NCBI GenBank assembly: GCA_002633005.1 | Contig: NMRA01000056.1 | Location: forward strand, 505,165-569,164 | Length of the DNA: 64,000 bases | Direction of reading: 5' to 3' | From: Phoronis australis | Lineage: Eukaryota; Animalia; Phoronida | Shown here: positions 49,601-61,600 of the stretch, one piece after another | Numbering within the stretch: position 1 is the first letter of the stretch | Layout: every line of letters starts with the position of its first letter | Notes under the pieces: generated by a model | What the model was told of the DNA's origin: nothing | The model's database searches: none | What the model saw: the letters and a program-made list of their open reading frames with translations, nothing else | Translations under genes and position numbers: made by a program

Positions 49601-52600
49601 GCTCGGTTACGCTAGTAACGTCTTGAGCATGCTCGCGACGCACTCTCCTTTCACTCCCAGGATTTTGCGCGGTCTAACGTGATCTTGCATTGTGGCTAGA
49701 TTCTTGGGTCTATGCAGGTTATCCCTGTTCTGCTTCTTGACTCCCGAAAAAAGTTTAGTCGCAACCAACTCTTTTAATACTTGCCCTGCCTAATAAGTTA
49801 TACCTGACTCAAAGTCCGCCCATGGCTGACTCATGCTTTGTTGTTACAGTCATTAGACGGACAGAATATCTACAACGGCTGCTGTACGTTGAAGATCGAC
49901 TTCTCCAAGCTCAGCAATCTGAACATTCGCTTCAACAATGAGAAGAGTCGCGACTACACAAATCCCAACCTGCCCATGGGCGATGGGACCAACCCAATGG
50001 AGCCCAACTTGGCATTAGGTAAGTCTGATCGATGCCTCGCAGTGTCGCCACTGTTTGACCGAGTGTTCAGTTTTAGAAACCGGTGAAACGCTAGCATTGT
50101 CCACCATTTTGCTGGTTTTCTGTTCCAGTGGTAGACGCATTAGTCGATGGATGAGAAAATTGCGTTTAATTTTTTTCGTGCCTCTTATAAAAATCTCATA
50201 GAATGAATCAATCGGGGTATTGTGTTCAAATAAAGGAAAGGCTGAAAAGCAACCAGTCCAAACTACAATGCCAATACTGGTCAAGATTGTTGAAAATGCT
50301 TTTTCGTCTACCATTTGCAAGTGCTTGCGTTTCGTCCGTTTACATGTCAAACTGAGGTTGTTCTTTAACAGCAGCACATCTTGTTGTGGGAGTGACAGTG
50401 GCACGATGTTTGACCTTTAACCCTGCAACCTTGCGCTACACCTCGTGTCGTCGTCATGGCTTAGATGTATGCTCAATGGTTACCGCTCGTACCTCTGCTT
50501 GTTGCCGAGGTGCTGTCGTCCACAACATGTTTGCTGTGTAGAAAAACTGCTGAGCTGTGCGCTCGTGGAGTTCTCGCGCTTCCATGTCGACAATGTATTT
50601 GGCCATGCTAGCTGTTTAAGATCTAGGAAAACTCACCCAAGGTTTCTCATTTCTTTGCCAAAAAGGGTCTTGTTTAATTTTAGGCCGGTATGTTGGAAAA
50701 ACCAAACTTCACTTGTTGTTTTTCAATTGGTCAGTTACTTGATAATCTGGCAACGTCGCTGACAAGAGTTGCTGCTTTTATTGAATTGATCTTATTTTCG
50801 TCATCGTTTCGCATGTTGAAAGCAGACAACTGTTCTTAATTTCTTTACACAATAAGATTTTTACTTTCCAACACAGTGGATGACTAAGACGGGTGTTAGC
50901 CGTAATGCAAAAGATGCGTTATTTATCATTCTCAAGATTATGTAGGACCTTGACCATCAGACTGTGCCTTAAGACAAATATCTTCAAAGCAATAAAATAT
51001 GACTCTTTAATTGCATAAGAAAGTATAAAGCCTGCATTTGACTTTTGACTGAAAACCATTATCTGCCATTTTCTGGGTCATGCCTTATAAGTAAAATTAT
51101 CAAAAAGCATTAGCAAAACAACAACATCAAGAAATGACCCAAGTTTTATCTGATATAGATCTTCAACATGAAATCTCACGAACCCTCTTACAGATTTCTA
51201 AATTATCGTTTTGTTTTATGCAACATTTTTTCAAAGCTGTGTTTTTGGTAACCCCTCTAGCAGAAGTAGATCATTTTAAATCCATTCCCAACAGCGTATT
51301 GTAACACGATGCGTACATAATGTTATCTGAAAGTTTCGTTTCAATCCGATCAGAGATGTGATGTTCAAAAGCAAGCCACACTAGGACATTTTTGTCAGGT
51401 CCTATATAACCTTGACACTTCATTACGCTTTATGCGCCACTTGTCTTTTTGGCTCGAAGTGATGAACCGTGTTAGCAATTCACCACAGTTAGAGTCAGTT
51501 GTGTGTGCAGTAGTTATGTAATGTGTTGATTTGCCTAAAATGCACAGCCCTCAATTCTTTCTGGCTTAGTTTCTGTTTACCTTCTGTATGTCTCTCAGTT
51601 TCTTTTGGGTTTTCACATGCCAGTTTCGGTTCTGTCGTTTGCTTTCGCTTCAACATCTAATCTAAACTTGACCCGAGCGCCATTTTGCAAAATTTCTATG
51701 GGAACGTCCTTGGTGAAACTTGCATGGTTTCGGTTTCCAAATTAACCGTTAATTGAACTGAATGAGCAATCTGTTTCTGAGACTCTTTCAGACATCAGTA
51801 AGGTACTTAGTTGGATTGTAAACAAAGAAATAAGGTTTTGGGGTTCTTGGCAAAATGGAATGCATTTTTCACTGGCACTAAGGTGTTTTTTTCAAAACTG
51901 CCGTTTCGAAATTTCGATTATATTTGATAGAAAAATTGGCGTATTTTGTGAAAAACGAGTTTTCAATGAAAATGGTGTATAAACTGGCCATGTCACCGAT
52001 CATTTACATTCAGTGTTGCTTTGTAAACTTAATGGTCATAACAATTGGCGAAAATGGCCGCCAGACACATCTGAGGGTTGTCTCCCCTACTGTCACCTCT
52101 CACTCCTGTCCTCTGCTCGGCATTGCTGTGCCATGGTGTTGAGTTTGTGAACCATTAATGGCATGCTCCCGTGTTTTCTGCCGCGCCTCCCACCAAAGGT
52201 CCGCACCAGGGTATGCTAACCGCGCCGTACGCCACCATGCAGAGTCTGGGAGCACCTCAGCTGAACCCCTACAGTGCGGCCGCGGCCGGAGCCGTGCCCA
52301 TATCTGGTACTGTGAACACGTAGTTGTCGTCTTTATGTTCTCACTGGCTTGTGCTCTTCCTGTTACTCAACACTAGTCAATCACCCTGAACGCGAGAACG
52401 GAGTCTTCGTGCCGTGAAACACATTTAATGTCGAACATGTTTCTGTAAAGTAACTAGTTCTCGCACGAATTGAGATGTTAGTTGTATGTGATGTCTAGAA
52501 AACGAGCGAAAACAATGCCAAGTATTCTCACGTCAACTGCTGGAAAAAACGAGTTCGTGAACATTGGCGGCTGTTCAACAGATTGCTAATATGCTTGTTC

Positions 52601-55600
52601 TGCTGCATGTGGGAAGCTTTCTTACACTGAAAACGTGATCTGTCTGTTTTGGTGCTGTTACCCGGATTGGCAATTGATTGACTAGATGAAAGTAAACGGA
52701 GGCAAAAGCCATAGAGTTTATACTATTAATGTTGCACACGCCTAAACAGTTTGTCACCCAGTTCTGTTAACACCCGGTTACGGTGGCTTTAGTTAGTCGT
52801 CAACCTATTGTCCTCCCGTCTGTCAGTAATGACTGAACGTTCCAGCTGGGTGGTGGTAGAAACACTTCATAGTAAACGTTGTGGTCTGCACCCTGACCTG
52901 GAGAATTAGTCATTAGCTTGGTCAAAAACAAGGTGTTTATTTAAAAACTGTAGTCGCTGCAATTTCTGCCTCCCTTTCTGATTTAGCAAATTGAAAGTGA
53001 TTGGCCATCTCTGATGTAATGTGTTTCTCGTGATTTTTCGTGGCGTACTCTGCCCTTGTTAACTGATAAATATTCAAGATGGAAAAACAATTCTGTGCCT
53101 GTCCACAACTTCCTCATACCCCTTTGAGGTGGTGAACTTGTAGAATTATGTAAATTCACAATTTGTTCTATAAAGAGATAGGTGCACAAAGATAAAACAT
53201 TGAATTGTATTTCGCTCTCTGTCACACAACTCTTAAATCTTTTCTACTAGAGATCAAGGTGTGTGGTCAGACCAAGAAACGGGATGGACATACCTCTACA
53301 TTCAATAAGCTGGCTCTAATCATTGCTGCTAGATTACAAATAATGTGTTACTGTGATGCACAAATGATTGGCTGGGGCATTTTGGAGTCTGGCTAGAGGA
53401 TTGTTTCTTCATCTGAATACTGGCAATGCTGTTGTAAGAGCAATTGGAATGAACTTGTACTACACGTATGCCCCCTGTAGGCACCGAACCGCATTATTCA
53501 AGACTAAGAGATGCTTCTTGCTTATTCATGATTTCATCTCCTTAATTTGCAAAATAAATTTACTTTTTTGCTGGTGGAGGGGGGGTCGGTTTTTAATTTG
53601 CATTAGTGGGCAACTCAGGTATTTGCGCCTCGGCACAAACCGACTTTAAAGCTAACTTGATTCTGTTTCGCATACTTCCAGCTGCTAGTATGGGACTCAG
53701 TGGATTAGGTGGACTGGGAGGAATACCAGGTGAGTGTTAACATACTGTGCCTGTGAAGTGGCCAAGTGTCTTGTCAACACTACATGACCCTTGAGTAATC
53801 TCGGCTTTTATTCCATACAGAAGGGGCCCGTTTCATAATAAGCAGCAAGTCCTCTCTTGGCTAAGATTTAGAATTTAAATTTGCACAAAGTTCATTAATA
53901 TGGCTGGTGGTGAATCAGTGTGTGTTATAACTTATTCAGAATGATTGTAATATGCAGAGAATTATGAATTGTTACTGAACTTACTGAAGAGTCCTTGAAA
54001 GCACGGTTGTCCCAACATCGTCTGCCTAACTATGGTGACACTTATGACTCGTCCGTATTTACCCAATGTCAGGAATCTGGTCACAGTTTTGACTTTGATA
54101 ATGTCCTTCCTAATCCTTGACAAGGAGAAAACTTGGTTTTAACAGGGAGTCAAGAAGTGTATGTATGAAAGAATTAAAAATTCGTCTTTGAACCAAAGAG
54201 GAGGCTTAAGATTCAACCTATCACATGCCTTGGACAGGATATGTCAGTTGCAGTGTTTTAACATGCCGTGTTGCACTTGCCATAATGGGTCTGGAACCAG
54301 TTTGGCTACGATTGGATTATGACTTTAGGTAAAAAGGGCCTCTGGAAAGTATCAAAAATAGCTTACGTGCATTGAAGACTCCTGGAAAATGAAAAGAGTT
54401 GGATTAAAAATAAAAACGCCAATAACTGTGTTTTTGAGATCTTTTTCAAGAGTTCATGCTTTTGGTTGCGTTTGGGAACATTCGATAGTAAAAACCATGT
54501 ATGTTTTGTTCTGGGGAAAATAACTTGCTTTATCTTGGGACAGTCATAGGAAATGGAAGCACAATGTCAATACTGACCATGAATAACAATTATGGGTATG
54601 AAATATTGAAAAGGTTCTGCTTCACCTGTGCTGTGCCTTGCCCCTGATGCCACTGATCTGGGCCCGGTCTCCAATCTTTTTACTCGAAATGGAACTCGAA
54701 ATTAGGTTTGGCATTTTCTACTCTACTTTTGGGCGAAATCAAGATAAGTGTCTATTACTCTATGCTCGAGTACACAATAACTTACATAGATAATTTATTG
54801 CCCTTAGTTCACAGTTTGTAAACCCAATATTAAAGCAATAAGTTCGAGTTTGAACTCGAAATTTCGAGTTTTTACTCGAGTTCGTAGCACAAATATAAGA
54901 GTCTTCAAGGGCAAACTTGAACTAGAAACTCCTATGCATAAACTATAATGTATTCGAGCACAGTCTGATAACCAATTATCTTAAGTTCGCACAAAAACGA
55001 AATTGCCAAAAATAGTTTCGAGTTCGTTTCGAGTACAAAGATTAGAGACCGGATCCTGAAGGTGGGTTTTGGCGTCGGGCGTGTACCCTACCTATTTTGG
55101 AGACGGTGTGTGGCTAATGGCTTGAAATATCTTCCCTGTCTTCATTGGAAGGCTGCTTCAATGTAAGTTATACTGCCATAAGAAAGTTTAGAAGTGAAGG
55201 AAGTTTCCATTATGTTTAAATCGGTGTGCTTTTCATTGTGGTCTTACTGTTGCTGCAGGTGCTGCCATGCCCAACTTTGCGGCAGTCGGTGGTCTGGCCG
55301 GTCTTGCTGGTATGGGTGGCGTGGGAGGTATGGGGGGAATGGCCGGTCTCGCCTCCAGCCTGTCACCCACGGCCATCGGAGCAGTTGGCGGCATTCGGCT
55401 ACCTGGACAGCTGCAGACCAACGCAGTCCTGTTGGTGTCCAACTTAAACGAGCAGGTACGTGACGCCCAACCTAGTGTCGTATTAGGTAGTGGTAATATG
55501 GTGGACTTGGGTGGCCTACAAAGGACAAGGGTTGCTAGTGAGTGGTGTGTACTTTGGAAGTTCTGATTGGGGAGCTAATTTTGTTGTGGATTGGGTATTT

Positions 55601-58600
55601 GTCCGGTGAGGAAATTTCAGGAAATGGACTCTCTGTGATTGGCACGACTGCCTTTAGAAGTGGGTTGGCACTCTTTCCAGAGATTTTTGCAAAATTTTTC
55701 TAGATTTTATAGGGACGTTATCGGCGTGAAAAGGGATTTCCCCGAGTCCAGATTTGGCACAGAGTCCCACCTGGAACCACCGTGGTCGCAGTCTGATGCT
55801 ATGCTGGCCAGCTACATCCCACTTGAAAAATGGCCGAATATATTGAGCGTATTCTATTGGTAAAATCAAGCGTGCTACCTCGATTTCAGCGAACATCTGC
55901 CAGACAATGGCGAAGCAATTTGTAATAAAATAACAAAAACGACGATGTTGTTTTTACAGCTCTGGCCGAAGCTTAATAATTCCAAAGAAATGCGTTTTAC
56001 TGCTGCTAAACCGATAACGTTCCTTTTATTAAGCATTTGTTTTAATTCTTGTAATCAGGGGGATAAGTCTAAAAATCTACAATTGCAAGATCCATTAACA
56101 TCAAACACTCTCCCAGTAATTTGTCAATTTTTGTAGTGATTGAACTTTCCCTCCATTAAAAGTCATATAACTTGCCTATTAACTTATTTTTCAACTTCTG
56201 GATTTCTCGTGCACTGTGTAAATAACTTTGATTGATTCAGTTTTATTTTCTGAAATGTCGTTTCCATTTCGTTATTGAACGACGGAATTCTTTGGAAATA
56301 AACAGTGGCTTTTGTTTTCATAGCATGCCAGCGGTGTAGAGACTTTTTACAAATACTCTCGGCCGATATATCACTAGCATGGTCAGTCTGCTTGTCCGAC
56401 CTTTCTATAATATTTCGTCGTCGCTGTCCTTGATAACTTGCATGTCTTCGTCAANCGACGATGTTATTTTTACAGCTCTGGCCGAAGCTTAATAATTCCA
56501 AAGAAATGCGTTTTACTGCCGCTAAACCGATAACGTTCCTTTTATTAAGCATTTGTTTTAATTCTTGTAATCAGGGGGATAAGTCTAAAAATCTACAATT
56601 GCAAGATCCATTAACATCAAACACTCTCCCAGTAATTTGTCAATTTTCGTAGTGATTGAACTTTCCCTCCATTAAAAGTCATATAACTTGCCTATTAACT
56701 TATTTTTCAACTTCTGGATTTCTCGTGCACTGTGTAAATAACTTTGATTGATTCAGTTTTATTTTCTGAAATGTCGTTTCCATTTCGTTATTGAACGACG
56801 GAATTCTTTGGAAATAAACAGTGGCTTTTGTTTTCATAGCATGCCAGCGGTGTAGAGACTTTTTACAAATACTCTCGGCCGATATATCACTAGCATGGTC
56901 AGTCTGCTTGTCCGACCTTTCTATAATATTTCGTCGTCGCTGTCCTTGATAACTTGCATGTCTTCGTCAAGACTGCGTTTCAGAAGCATGCGCACCCCAC
57001 CTAGGTGCTGAGACACGTGACCTCTCTTGGCCACTCACACTTCTGCAGTTAGCGATTTTTGTTTGTTTGTTTTTTTCCATTTTAAAATTCACCATTTCAA
57101 TTAAAATTCTTACACTGGTGGTTGATAGTGCTCATTCACGTCGTTACTTGACCTACTTTTCTCCACACAGCCTTTTCACCGAAAGTTTTCCTGAAACTTT
57201 TATGATTTGCCAGCTACAAATAATGCTTTTGAACTGTTTGTAGGTCTACACTGAACTTGTTTCCAATTTACCTATTTTTTGCTGAAACTACTGACTTTGG
57301 CAAATCAGATTGTTTTCTACAAGTATGTTCAAACTGGTTTGCATGGCGCGCTGTGAGAACTCTCACTGTTTAGGAGGAGGTCGCTGTTTCTTTTTAAGTG
57401 GTGGAATCTCATGCTTTTCTCTCTCCCCAAGTGTCTGCGCTTCTTAAAAAGCCGTTCTTTAGTAACCAAGTCCTTCAGGGGGAAATCTGCCGCATCGTGC
57501 TTTGAAGCAAGGTATCGACTTATTTCTTGTCTGAGTTACCCTGCAACGAGCAATTGCGCAACCAAGGATGACATCTAAATTACTTCAGTGTATTGTTCAT
57601 ACTTGCTTTCCCTCTTCCATGAGAGTTCTCACAGATGCAGACGCGGCAGACCTAGAATGGCTGAATAATGTTTTGATCTTGTGTATTTATTCTTCTCTCC
57701 TGTTTACCAACCATCCTTACGCTGGTGTACCACACACTACTCGGGCTATGACTTGATACGGACTCACCACTCTTGTCTTCTGTGGTTCTTGTCTCCAATC
57801 TAGATGGTCACACCAGACGCTCTGTTTACCTTGTTTGGTACGTTTTACGATATCGCACTTTTATTTACTCGTTTATGCATTTATTTGTTTTGTTTTTGTC
57901 TTACATTTCCACCTTTTTACATCGTGCAGAATTTACACGTGTAAACTGGATGTTGTGTTATGCTTGCGGCCACATCAGTTCTGGAAGTGTTTAGTTTTCT
58001 GGTGTTTGCTCATTGGGGCAGACGTCATTTTTGGAACTGGTGTGGTTGTGTAATAGCATTGTTACTTACTGTGGACTAGGAGCTATCCCGCTATTTAATA
58101 CAACATAATTGGTTTTGGGATGAGGTTTCACATGGGCTCTTTCAATTACCTTTTGGCTTTGTGCAAACCTTGTGCAAATGACCTGCTATTGTCGTTTACG
58201 TTTCTGATTATGCTAAAACAATTGCCTTCAGACAAATCTGCTATTTGTTAACTTTGGGGCACATTTTGTTTGTTCTTATTTCTATCATTGAGCTTTCTGC
58301 ATTTCAAACACATCTCTGTGAGCTTGGAATCCTTGAGTCTCATTTTGTATGGTTTCTGATATTTGCCCACTGCGACATCAATTAAAACGTAGATCATCAA
58401 AGTGTCTATTGGGGATAGCTCTGATGGCCAACGCCTGATTGCATGTCTACATGCGTGTGTGCGTGTGTTGTGGGCTGTACATGCTTGTGCAGCTGGAATG
58501 GAATGGAGGAGTTTGGTTTCAGGGAAGGTTGAGGCATTGCAAGGTCCAACTTGGTGCGACTTACTGATAAAGCGTCCAGAGTTTGGTACTGGATGATGAA

Positions 58601-61600
58601 CTGAATTTAATTGAATTTTTAAGGATCACTATTCCCCTAGATTGATGATTTTACGATTTTTTTATTTTGTTGCTTCAGCAAAAGATGGAAATGTAAAACG
58701 CGCACTTTACTTTATAGTATGTGTGTTGAAACTGGTGGTTAGGTGTGAGCAAGTTTGTTTTGTGACAACAATAGGCTTTCATTTTGACTGTTTAAGAAAG
58801 TTTAATTTAATTTTTAACAAAATTGTGAGGTTGATCTCGAGTTAAGGTCATGTAGTACATTACAGCCATGTCTGTATTTAGTCAGACATCTACAAAACTA
58901 TAGATTTTAACTCATTAAAAGTATATGTTTTTGATATTAGAAAGTCTGTAGAATTTTGCTGTGAACTTTTTATCAATCCATTATCACGGGATCACGTTTT
59001 TTTTAAGTAAAATATAGCTAAAAAGAAAGGTACATTGATAGGAAAACATTGGTAACAGTAACGCGATAAAATTTTCCTAAAATGTTTTGTTATTGTTTTG
59101 TGCAACTTCATTTTTTTCATGAAAATCTTAAAAAGTTGTATTTTTATAACTCCTCCTGCAAAAAGGGAGCGTTTTCAATACAATTTTTGTCAACTTTTTG
59201 GAGACCAGTGCATACAACAAAGTATATGAAAGTTTCAAATGAATCCAAATCGGCTGTTTCTGAGGTATGATCCGAAGTTGGCCTGTTTTGGACATTTTTC
59301 TATGGTCCTACATAGCCGAAGCCTTGTATGCAAGTGTTAGTGATTCTGTTTTTGTCTGGTGGAGAGAGTGATAGGGGGAGCTGCTTGTTGTGACCTTGGG
59401 TCTTTGTTTATTTTTCACCCCATGTTGCATGTTGCCCCTACAAGCTACGGAATTGATAACAGTAGGTGTTTTATACGAATGATCTCGGTTCACTTTGTAG
59501 TAACTGTCAACCTGATCAGATTTTTCTTCTTGTCCGTGCACGAAAAGTCAAAAGTTTGTGATACCCGTGAAATACTGTTGACCTATTTCTTTGTTATGCA
59601 AATTTTAAAGGTGCATCTTTAGAAATTTCTGATCGTGCTTGAAACTTACCATTTTCCATTGGATTTTCCCCATTTTAACAACTTAGATTTTTCACCAGCA
59701 TTAACGCATGTTACCGCACATTTGACCAAGTTCCTTTTTATTGTCATTTTTTCTTTGTTTAGCCTAATACATTATAGCAATGCTTAATTGTGGACCCTTT
59801 TCATATGTTTACTTCCGTCTCTCGAGAGAAACCCATTTTCACTGTTAATTATTAACTTAAAAAGCTTTCAGTACTTAACGGCAGATTCGGGGTCTTTTGT
59901 TTCGTACTCCCCTACAATTTTTATTTCCTAAATCTGTTAAACGTGTGCATGCATGGCTATGACGGGTCTGTGTCAAAATTTGTTCACTGTGCCTGATCAT
60001 GTGATCACTGTTGACCTGTGACCCCACAGGTGTCTATGGCGACGTGCACCGTGTGAAGATCCTCTTCAACAAGAAGGACAATGCTCTGATACAGTTCGCT
60101 GAGCCGCAGCAGGCTCACCTTGGTAAGTGGTAGTCACTATTGTTTTTCAAAGGTACTAAACCCTGTTTTGGCAATTTCAGGCAATCCTTGTTCCGTACCC
60201 CACTAATGTACCATTGTTGTCGCACTTGAGTGATAAATGCAGGATTCAATTGATTCTGTGGTTTTTAGTGTGCAGTTCACCCCCGTAGTTGTTTTGTACC
60301 GAAAATGTGAGTCACTCTTGCCTGTGTAGCAGACTTCATAAGAACTTTTCAAGCTCACTCCTATCTTTTAATGGCTGACTGGGGTTACGGAGCATTGTTA
60401 TTGGAGAGTCGGATGGGAAGAGTCGTCGTCAATATCTGTTTAGAGACCGAAATGGGGTTTAGTATCCTTTTAAGCTGCTTAAGATTTATTGCTTAAAGCA
60501 AACTGATGTTGTTCAACGACAGCAACCTCAGAAACCGCAGATCATTATAGCTGGCTTGAAGAAATTTTGTAAGTAAAGTATAAAGTGCTACACTTACAAC
60601 TGAAATACAATTATTAGGGTCTAATAGTACAATAGGATGGATAACGTAAGACGTATCTTATGTATAAACAAGAACCAAAGAATTAACTCCAGTGAGAATT
60701 ACTTTGCACAAGCAACAAAACTTATATTAAGTGCTTAAGTACCTACCAACATTCATAGAAAGATTTGGTATGATAATGTTCAAGATCAAGCCTGGTATGA
60801 AACAGAAATCATACTTTATGTCTAACACTGGAGCTTAAGGACTATAAGCATGCAATCTGATTCCCATCGAGTGCCTGGGAGAGCGAGACCCTTTCAGTTT
60901 CATGTGATCATATGATGTCATCAATAGTTATGTGTGCATGCCTGTGTTTTTCACAAGGTGATGCATTTGGTCTGTAAAAGGATAGGGTGCTGCTGAAGTG
61001 GTACTTATGGGCAATACTGTTGGACCTTTTCAAAATGCGAAGCATGGTGGATTTTTTTCCACTTCTACAGACATCATGGTGCTAGCCAACTACTTCGTGT
61101 GAGGTTAATAAGACCTTGTACTGGTAATCCAGTGTGGCAGGTACGCCCCATGCTGGTTAACTGCTCTCAGACTACAAAAAAATTTTGAAATCTGGGGCCG
61201 TTCTTTATAAGCACGTTCATCTTGTGAATATCTACTCCCTCATGGCAATAGTCTGATGACTTTGATCCATGTTTCAGTGATGCAACAACATACTATTCGA
61301 ATGAACCAGCCTAAATGAGACATTGTTCAAATGTTTTGCGCTTAATAGGGTGGTTTGCACATCTTGAACTGATTTCAAGAGAATTCTCTGTTAACTGAAA
61401 ATCATCAGCCATGGTCGCTCTGCTTTTCAGCCATGACCCTTAGCACAGGAGAAATGTTGATTTCTTTTTATATGAGACTACATCAGGGTCATTTCTGTTA
61501 TGGTGGACATTGCTGTCCTTGTCCTTTCACCATTTCATCCTTGACCCACCTAGAGTACGTAAGCATCCTTGGCACTGCTATTACCATTCTTCTACCTTTG

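Noticed and set aside
50465-50509. 45-nt in-frame phase-1 candidate linker exon ([15 protein letters not shown])
   Set aside because: Poor pyrimidine tract, weak GTGCTG donor and a composition unlike the linker. Not supportable without transcripts.
55233-55442. Pro-rich antisense ORF
   Set aside because: It is the mirror of the Gly-rich PTBP exon on the + strand.
55945-56652. Two near-identical 63-aa ORFs suggesting a tandem gene duplication
   Set aside because: The duplication is centred exactly on N 56455, so it is an allelic-overlap assembly artefact in an intron.
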